A stretch of 63,870 bases of DNA, counting the filler, from Octopus bimaculoides (taxonomy: Eukaryota): assembly GCF_001194135.2 (NCBI RefSeq). It is 7 parts of 7 records of this genome, joined end to end, with 100 filler letters (N's around TTAATTAATTAA, not from the genome) between each part and the next. Parts side by side here need not be neighbours in the genome. Positions count along the whole stretch, not along the records: positions 29,412 to 58,970 come from NC_068991.1; positions 59,071 to 62,204 come from NC_069000.1; positions 62,305 to 63,870 come from NW_026388492.1; 4 more parts are not named here. One strand, 5' to 3'. The notes under the pieces are model-generated. The model worked only from the letters and a program-made list of their open reading frames with translations. It made no database searches and was not told the origin of the DNA. This document shows, one piece after another, positions 55,793-63,870 of the stretch (the stretch's first letter is position 1; each line of letters opens with the position of its first letter). Made by a program: the position numbers and the translations under genes.

Positions 55793-57122
55793 TGATGAAT
55801 TAAAGCAAAAAAAGTGCAGAAAACAGCAATATATGAATGCATGAGATTGAGGCTCGGGGAAAATTTTCAGATGAAAATATACGATTGGAAATGACGTTTT
55901 GAGCATACCACTTCGTCGGATAAAAGGAAAAAAATCCCAGAAAAAAGGGAATAAAGAAAGGAGCAGATACTCCGCAGAAAAAGTAAAAGTGATGTTATAT
56001 GGCCGAAATATAAGCCGATCGAAAGTTGGAGAGATATAGAAAATGTAATTTTAACAGGGAGGAGAGTACTGTGTTTGCATGTGTGTGCAATGATATGCAT
56101 GTATCAGTATGCATGTGTTATTGTCTGTGTGTGTGAGCATGTGCCGTCCTGTGACTGCATGCATTAAGCTATGATTACAACATCGTTAGTGAAAGATGCG
56201 GAAGAGGGGGTATAGCAGATGTAAATGAAACCCTGCATATCCATGCATAAATTCCAGAATCTATAGCTAAATATAATAATTCTATTGTTTCACCTGTTCT
56301 TGTACTTAGTGAGGGACATTGAAGAAAATGTTCAAATTGAATAATTTCAAAACTGGATTAAAGATTAACACCCAGAATTCAATGCCTGAATCGACAAATC
56401 AATAATCTGGCGCCGTTCTTTGAATTATTCCATCTCAAAATGTAGAGAACGAATAGTTGATGTGGCTTTTGTTGTGAATGATTTTATAATTATTGAACAA
56501 TAACTAGAAATTTAATTAATCAAGGGACTCCCTATCCGTATATACATGTTTGCTTGTATATAAGTGTTCATGTGTGTATGTGTGTAAGTGTATGTTTGCG
56601 TGCTTCTGTGTATATGTTATGAAATATATATGTGTGTATGTGTAGGTATGTAGACGTGTGTGTGTGTGATTTAATTGTCTCAACTCATTATTAAATGTTG
56701 AAAATTGTAATTAAAAATTGAAATATTTTTTAACAGCGCTAAGGTTAAGACGGTCTCTAAAAGCATAAAGACATCAGACTTATAAGTCACACAATGAGAT
56801 TATTTTGGCGACCATGACGTTGTTACTTGATTTTTTTTCAGCCATATTCATTCCTTCCTTCGCACTCGTTCACTCTGTTCGTGAGTGTTTCGGCTCGGAA
56901 TTTTAATACCTTCCTGTGTCTTCAGTGAACCTCAAGTTTGTCTATGCAATATTTAAGCTTTATCCCATTCTTTATTTTTTCGTTGTTTTGCCTTCGTTCT
57001 TTTTCTTCTTGTTCATTCCCCCTCTTCCCTCTCCTCCCTCTCCTCCTCCTCTTCTTCTTCTTGTCCTCTCCATGTTTTTCTCTTCCTTCATCTTCTGCTA
57101 CTCCTTGCATATATATATATAT

Positions 57123-57177
<55 letters not shown>

Positions 57178-57253
57178 TAGACAGATAGACAGACAGACAG
57201 ACAGACAGCGAAAGAGAGTGAGGGGGAGAGAGAGATGGATGGATGGCTCAATC

Positions 57254-57304
<51 letters not shown>

Positions 57305-57595
57305 TGATCATTGAAAGGAAACGACGACTTACAATTTTAGACAAATAATCTATATTAATTATCGTAATAATTAAAACCACAACGGCTTTCATATTAATTA
57401 CAATTAAAACATCAGTGATTGCAATAAAATGAAATCAGTGTAAAATGGCTTTCCGTTCGAATCTAAAACAAAGATAACAGACAGATGTCAAAGAGAAACC
57501 CAGGGCCGAGTAATGTCGAAGATGTAGGAGGACGTGGGTACACAAAGGAAAAGAAACACTATTTTAAGTTTCTGAGATGAGGGATTATATACAAT

Positions 57596-57916
57596 ATTTA
57601 CAATGAACGGATAGGTGTTCTCACCATGTTTGTTGTTACCACCACGTCTCGGGTGATATATATAAGGTAGTGGATAAGAACGCGGGCTACTAACCCACGG
57701 ATCCTGAGTTTAAGGGACTTTGGAACTAATGTCAAAAGAAAAAAAATATCATTAGCACAAAAGAATACCTTAGGAATAAGAACAGAGCACTCGATTAGTC
57801 AAATAAAGGCTTACGCTCGAAATTCCACCAGAACACGTGATGAAAGCTGGAGAGTACAAGGCCGAAACGTTGTGGCGTGAACAAACAAGATGTAGACACC
57901 TATCCGTCCATTGTAA
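57596..57916. mobile_element. Inverted pair of Penelope-like terminal fragments with a degenerate hammerhead motif
   Basis: 57596-57650 is the reverse complement of 57862-57916 (ccgaaacg..aacaaac..acacctatccgt.cattgtaaa). GTGATGA..ccGAAACGTtgtg lies at 57837-57874. Confidence 0.55.
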
Positions 57917-58064
57917 AGAGACATTAGATTGATAAAGAATTTGTTAACAACTGATCGTATGACAAAATATAAATGCAGAATTATTGGCATAAATTATACC
58001 AATGATCGTGTACGTGTAAACACAGATATAAACATACATAAACACACTTGCGTATATCTCTCTC

Positions 58065-58118
<54 letters not shown>

Positions 58119-58221
58119 TACATACATATATGCATACACACATACTTGCATACATGCATACATACTAGCATGCATACATACGTACATTCTTACATTCAAA
58201 CGCATATACATACATCCAGAT

Positions 58222-58400
58222 GTTTAGCATTTAAATATATATGAGCATGTTTAGATACGCATATCTGTACATACATAGATGCATACCAACAATGATTCCT
58301 TGTTGATGTTGTTGAAATTCCAATGAAGGGACCTTGGATCTAGGTTAGAAACCGGGTCCTTCTTTATTGGCAAGAAATCTTGAAATAAGCTGAATAATGA
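58222..58400 (+). mobile_element. 3'UTR copy of the CATA-associated RLE LINE
   Basis: Matches 63636-63845 from the stop-codon region to ctgaataatga|catacatac. (CATA)-rich DNA lies on both sides. Confidence 0.8.
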
Positions 58401-58909
58401 CATACATACGTATATACATATATAATCATGCATACATACATACACGCATCCTCACGTACACACATACATGCAGATATACATTCATACAAAGATACATACA
58501 TAATACATACATTTAAAGATATCGGACAGCTCTCATGCTTTATCTCCCTGCTAGAGTTCACGTGATGTACCTGCTAACACGGAGATTTCTATGGCACGTA
58601 AACAACGGGGAGCTGATTTCTATCCCTACTCACAGAAATTTAGCATCAATTACCAATTTATGCTATTTAGAAATGTATATACACGTCACAATTCAGGACT
58701 CCACCCCTCTGTTTGATGTCAATATCGTTGATGAAACTCATAATAGACGTATCTTAAAACGAAAGGTCAACGAGCCGCACTGTCAGGTAATCTAATGGTC
58801 AAATAGGTTAGATGCAGATATATTCGCATTGAGTTGATAACACAAATACACAACGGATATATAAGTTGTGTTTGTGTGTTTGTGTGTACAAACACACACA
58901 TATACTTAC

Positions 58910-58970
<61 letters not shown>

Positions 58971-59240
58971 NNNNNNNNNNNNNNNNNNNNNNNNNNNNNN
59001 NNNNNNNNNNNNNNTTAATTAATTAANNNNNNNNNNNNNNNNNNNNNNNNNNNNNNNNNNNNNNNNNNNNATATATACCTTATATCTTGCACTAATATAT
59101 ATTCTCTGCGATTCTTAGATCCAGATATATGACTTTACAGTTCATTTCTTTTCAGCAAATACTCAGTCGTTTAAATGAACATAAACACGCAAAATATTCA
59201 TGGCTTCTTCTTAAATATTTTCAGTAAATTCAATCCTCAA

Positions 59241-59490
59241 ATGTCCACTCAACCAGCGAAGCATGAAACAGTTGTCAAAGATGTAGAAATCTGTCAGAAA
59301 CGACCAGTGGTACCAGACGGAGGCTGGGGATGGGTCGTCTGCTTTGCTGCAGCTTGTACCTGTTTCATAGTGAGTGGACTAGCAAGTTCTTCTGGAATAT
59401 TCCTTATCGGACTCAGAAAAATCTTCGATGACCACATTTCCAAGTTATCTACAGTGGGAGCCCTGGTAGAAGGACTTAGCATGATGGCAG
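59241..59490 (+). CDS. SLC16/monocarboxylate transporter family (MFS), first coding exon (TM1-TM2)
   Basis: Translates MSTQPAKHETVVKDVEICQKRPVVPDGGWGWVVCFAAAC..., containing the SLC16 signature PDGGWGW. Acceptor ttttcag ends at 59224; donor GCAG/gtatc at 59490/59491 (phase 1). An alternative in-frame ATG lies at 59175. Orthologue cannot be assigned. Confidence 0.9.
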
Positions 59491-60147
59491 GTATCAACAT
59501 ATATTTTTCAGTTTTAATTCTGCTTTGAGGTGTTTTCTGATCTTTTACTGACTTCAGTCTCTGGAGTGTTGCCATATTGAGGACCAATACTTTCAAAATT
59601 GTAGTCGATCTGATCGAATCTAACCGGGTACAAATGAGAACTGGTTCAATTCCCAGCTGAGCAATTTCACATTCCTTTGTTCTTTACGTTCCTACGTTTT
59701 GGTCGTGGTGATGCATACATGCCACAACATCAATGTATCCTTGTGTTAGTAAACGATAATTCATTTAATTTTATTTGCCGAACTGCACACTTACGTTGCA
59801 TAAATGAACATACCACATGCAGTACTTGTTTTTAATCCGGTATATACCTTAACTTAAATTCACATAAACACATACATTGAGAATTTCTGGTCAACCCGAG
59901 CTTAGAGTAGAAGATATTCGCTCACAGTTCCGCCCGATGAAATCAAATACTGGACAATATCTTAACCGCACAACTAATCCTGTACTTATCTATGTATTCA
60001 TTTCTTGTTTATATTTTCGTCCAAGACAAATTACCTACGTTTAGCAATTAAATACATCAATAAGATTTGAACCCCCAAATCTTTCAACTAAACAACACCA
60101 ACTGACCCACTTGGCTCTACTGTTTGTTCTTTGTTGTATATTTTCAG

Positions 60148-60291
60148 CTCCAGTTGCCAGTATTCTGTTGAATTACTTTAGCCATCAGACAGTGTTGATA
60201 TTAGCAGGTCTTATTGGATTCACAGGTGCCATATTAGGAACATTTTCTGTCAGTATCGATATGATGATAGTAACATATGGCCTCATATCAG
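60148..60291 (+). CDS. SLC16/MCT coding exon 2 (TM3-TM4)
   Basis: Acceptor ttttcag/ at 60147 and donor CAG/gtaag at 60291/60292; 144 nt, phase 1-1. Reads (A)PVASILLNYFSHQTVLILAGLIGFTGAILGTFSVSIDMMIVTYGLIS(G), in frame with exon 1. Confidence 0.9.
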
Positions 60292-60372
60292 GTAAGACAT
60301 TTTTATGTCATATTTTGCCGTATTCCCTAATATCATTTGCATCATATGCTTGGAATAGAAAAACAAGTTCCA

Positions 60373-60590
60373 TATCCTTTTCTACTCTAGGTACAAGGCC
60401 CGAAATTTTGGGGAGGAGACCAGTCGATTAGATCGACTCCAGTACGCATCTGGTACTTAATTCATCGACTCCGAAATGATGAAAAACAAAGTCGACCTCG
60501 GCGGAATTTGAACTCAGAGCGTTAAGACAGACGAAATACCGCTAAGCATTTCGCGCGGCGTGTTAACGCTTCTGCCAGCTCGCCGCCTTA
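60373..60590 (-). mobile_element. SINE family A, antisense in MCT intron 2
   Basis: Full-length reverse copy ending tgccagctcgccgcc. Confidence 0.85.
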
Positions 60591-61249
60591 AACAAGCTCC
60601 ATATCGTGTTTATTGCTTGAATTATTACATAAATAATACCTCAATAATAATTTTAAAAGTCTGATGTAATATATCTGGCTGTTTCTATTGCAATCTGGAT
60701 AAATTTCCTTGTTTTTAATAGCAGGAACTAACCAATGATAATTAGTAAAAACACTATTTTTGTTTCCCATACACTGACCTAATCATGTATCCATGACTCC
60801 ACTATTTTTGGTGTTTTCGGAATCTTAAAATTCTCATTATTTTTGAGGGCGGTTTTTAATGTTTTATTATTGAGATGATGAACATGTAAACAATCCAATG
60901 AGTTTTCGTGTTGAACTAATTATATTTATAATTTCGTCTCGGCATGTGATCACCGCGTGCACGTCATTGACAAGGCCCAATGCGGTCGAAAATAGTTGCT
61001 GTGACGATGTCTGTTAGGCTTCGATACATGTTACTTTTTACACAACACTGTTATGAAGAAATTTTCTCTCCGAAAAGAACCACAGCAATATATCTTTCAA
61101 TTCATTAAGTATAATACACAGGTTTCGATTTTATATTTTTAATATTTCATTCGATATATTAACTGGCAAAGTTTATTTTAAAAACAAATGTGAGATTTAC
61201 ATCTTCCAAAACTGAACCCTAACCCGTGAAATATTCCATTCTTTTGCAG

Positions 61250-61522
61250 GTGTATCCCTTGGAATGTCTTTTTTCACCTGCCAGATTATTGTAGGTCTCT
61301 ACTTTGATAAGAAACGAGCATTGGCAATAGGAATTACCAATTGCGGGGGAGGAATGGGCACAATGTTGTTTAGCTTGATTGTTCAGTCACTTTTAGAATT
61401 TTATGGACTTAGAAGCACGTTGCTCCTTATAGCGGGAATTCTTCTGAATATCACTGTGTTGGGAGCCCTTTGCCGACCTCTGCCCTACACCCACGCAGGG
61501 GATGGAAACACAGAATGTAAAG
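61250..61522 (+). CDS. SLC16/MCT coding exon 3 (TM4 end to TM6 and start of central loop)
   Basis: Acceptor cttttgcag/ at 61249 and donor AAG/gtgag at 61522/61523; 273 nt, phase 1-1. Contains the SLC16 motif YFDKKRALAIGITNCGGG and LNITVLGALCRPL. The C-terminal six helices are not in the window. Confidence 0.92.
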
Positions 61523-61739
61523 GTGAGTTCATTCAGGTTCGGAGTTCTCATTTACGAAAATTCAATATCTGTTACGGCTACGGATTGGATATGCGCAGAA
61601 AATCGAACATGTGCAGTGGTTACTTGAAATTAGTTGGACAAGGTATCTGCAGCAATAAACTCGAGTAAAATTTTATGACCGTTCCTCGAGTAAACATTTT
61701 GTTACGAATATTTGAAATATGTGTGTATACTTTTTTGCA

Positions 61740-61780
<41 letters not shown>

Positions 61781-62204
61781 GAATTCATCTTTGAAGGATA
61801 TCCCCATCCCATCTAGAAAGGGTTAATTTTTCTATGTGATAGTGGATATTCATCGATGAGTTATTGAAACTTGGTTATTTTCCCTAAAACTATATGTTTT
61901 ATATATATTTTATCTATAAAGCTCAATTTAATTTTGATCTTTTATAAATTGATTTTAATTGAGTTTTTACCTGTAATTTTGGATTTTGTCCCTAATATTA
62001 TTATAATTTTCTAATTTATAATTAACGTTTATTGTTTGTATTTAACTTTCAGTTTTTCGTTGATTATGGAATTTACAGGTAGGATTGAGCCACTGTTTTG
62101 GAATTCATCTTTGAAGAATATCCCCATCCCATCTAGAAAGGGTTAATTTTTCTATGTGATAGTGGATATTCATCGATGAGTTATTGAAACTTGGTTATTT
62201 TCCC
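61781..62204. repeat. Direct repeat with a 320-bp period (second copy cut by an assembly join)
   Basis: gaattcatctttgaa.gatatccccatcc...ttggttattttccc at 61781-61884 and 62101-62204, with one mismatch. Confidence 0.85.
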
Positions 62205-62402
62205 NNNNNNNNNNNNNNNNNNNNNNNNNNNNNNNNNNNNNNNNNNNNTTAATTAATTAANNNNNNNNNNNNNNNNNNNNNNNNNNNNNNNNNNNNNNNN
62301 NNNNTATAGCAATAAGAAAATGGAGGGGAATATGTGGTACTTATCAACTTGCAGGAAGTTGATGAGTACACGCGCACATATATATATATACATATACATA
62401 TA

Positions 62403-62568
62403 TACGACGGGCTTCTTTCAGTTTCCGTCTACCAAATCCACTCACAAGGCTTTGGTCGGCCCGAGGCTATAGTAGAAGACACTTGCCCAAGGTGCCATGC
62501 AGTGGGACTGAACCCGGGACCACGTGGTTGGTAAGCAAGCTACTTACCACACAGCCACTCCTGCGCCT
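62403..62568 (-). mobile_element. SINE family B head, well preserved
   Basis: Reverse complement is aggcgcaggagtggctgtgtggtaag..ggttcagtcccactgc..gtagacggaaactgaaagaagcccgtcgta, followed by (TA)n. Confidence 0.85.
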
Positions 62569-62659
62569 CTATATATATATTTATATATAAAATAGCTCTA
62601 TGCATATATACACACACACGTTCATACATACATACATATATTCATTCATTCATAGATAC

Positions 62660-62800
62660 AGAGAAATTTACAGAAAGACCTAGAAACAGTCGGTTTCTCG
62701 AAGAAAGAGGAAAAGAAACTGATGCAGGTTCTTCAAATCCAATCTGTAAATGACATCGAAGATTTGTAAGATATTCGAAAGTTGCTTCATTTGAGATTCT
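62660..62800 (+). mobile_element. Short C-terminal fragment of a related RLE LINE
   Basis: Reads LQKDLETVGFSKKEEKKLMQVLQIQSV, resembling the terminal LEKLSVSKPRMRKLIRRLQIQAI of the adjacent element. Confidence 0.45.
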
Positions 62801-62849
62801 TTACATGAATCGATGCACATATTCCATGCATCGATAGTTCAACCAACAT

Positions 62850-63845
62850 ACCAACTCAAAGACGTATTTACAAACACCGGGAACAATCTTAACTCAAAAA
62901 GCCTTGTCGCTTTGTTGGCGACCGGCATGAAGTCTCTTAGATAAAACTCAAAGAAAAAAAATCGTATACACACCTCCATACATGAAGAGAAAATATCAAC
63001 CAAATACCTAATGCACAAAAGGGTCAGAGATGCAGAAAAGCAGTAAAATGTGACAACCGATGCAGACTTTGTGGAGTTAACACCAAAGATATTACCCACA
63101 TAATAAGCAGCTGTCCGAAAATGTCATCATGGTATTATCTACCGATGAGATATGATGTTGCAGCTAGGACACTGTATTACAAGATTCCTCGAAAGGATAA
63201 CCTTGAGAACAAAGAAATAAGAACCCACAGTAAGGTAGAAGCCATAGCCACTCATAATAAAAAGGAGTACTGGTCGAATGTGCCAGTGAAAACCTCAATG
63301 AAATGCAAACGTAATAGAGCTGACATAATGATTTGGGTTAGAGAAGAGAAATTGTGTACAATTGTGGAAATCAGCTGCCCAGCGGATGTTAGCTGAAGAT
63401 CAGTGAAAAAGAGAATACCTACGCTAAACAACTGAGAAATTCGCAGTTACTCTATCCAGATTACAAGTTCGAGTTTATACCTGTAATTATTGGAGCACTG
63501 GGATATGTTACGCACTGTCTAAATACAAATCTCGAGAAATTAAGCGTCTCGAAACCAAGAATGAGAAAGCTGATTCGAAGGCTACAGATCCAAGCCATCA
63601 CTGCAGCTTCGAAAATCTGTAAAACTTTCCAGAAGTTTATCGTTTAAGTATATATGCGCATGTCTAGATATGCAACTATATGTATGAGAAGACATACAAG
63701 AAGCAAAACATTCATATCTGCAAATATACATACATACATGGAAAAATACCCGGTTGTTGATATTGAAATTCCAATGGAGACGTCTGGGACCTAGTAACCG
63801 GCTCTTTCTCTACTGGTCAGAAATATTGAAATAAAACTGAATGAC
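62850..63845 (+). mobile_element. RLE non-LTR retrotransposon 3' portion (CCHC knuckle, endonuclease, 3'UTR) ending in (CATA)n
   Basis: CRLC-x8-H-x4-C at 63061-63114; RYDVAART; NRADIMIW..TIVEISCPAD; FIPVIIGALG; stop at 63645-47. The 3'UTR runs into the tacatacata repeat. Confidence 0.85.
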
Positions 63846-63870
63846 GTACATACATACATACATACATACA

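Noticed and set aside
61523-61668. ORF continuation after MCT exon 3 (likewise 59491-59528 and 60292-60431)
   Set aside because: Strong GT donors precede these stretches and similarity to SLC16 stops, so they are intronic read-through. The 60292-60431 stretch runs into a SINE.

Overview
AT-rich animal genomic DNA, very dense in microsatellites and broken by many N gaps. Six gaps are artificial 100-bp joins (44N-TTAATTAATTAA-44N). The SINE families and repeat landscape suggest a coleoid cephalopod, probably Octopus (inference). The only host protein-coding gene I can support is a + strand SLC16/monocarboxylate-transporter-family gene: three coding exons at 59241-59490, 60148-60291 and 61250-61522 encode the N-terminal half, and the rest lies outside the window. 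Everything else interpretable is transposon-derived: four tRNA-type SINE families (about 24 copies of family A), decayed mariner elements, a pogo/Tigger-like MITE, restriction-like-endonuclease (R4/Dong-type) LINE tails, an RTE LINE tail and Penelope-like remnants. Almost all ORFs in the supplied track are microsatellite or N-run artefacts. Best leads: (i) an RLE retrotransposon whose three copies all end in (CATA)n, alongside (TAA)n-associated Dong-like copies and (ATT)n-tailed SINE arrays, suggesting that retroelements partition microsatellite targets; (ii) minimal hammerhead-ribozyme motifs in Penelope-like termini; (iii) several long fold-back structures; (iv) a chimeric mariner with non-matching ends. 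Repeat boundaries are approximate, to within tens of bases.
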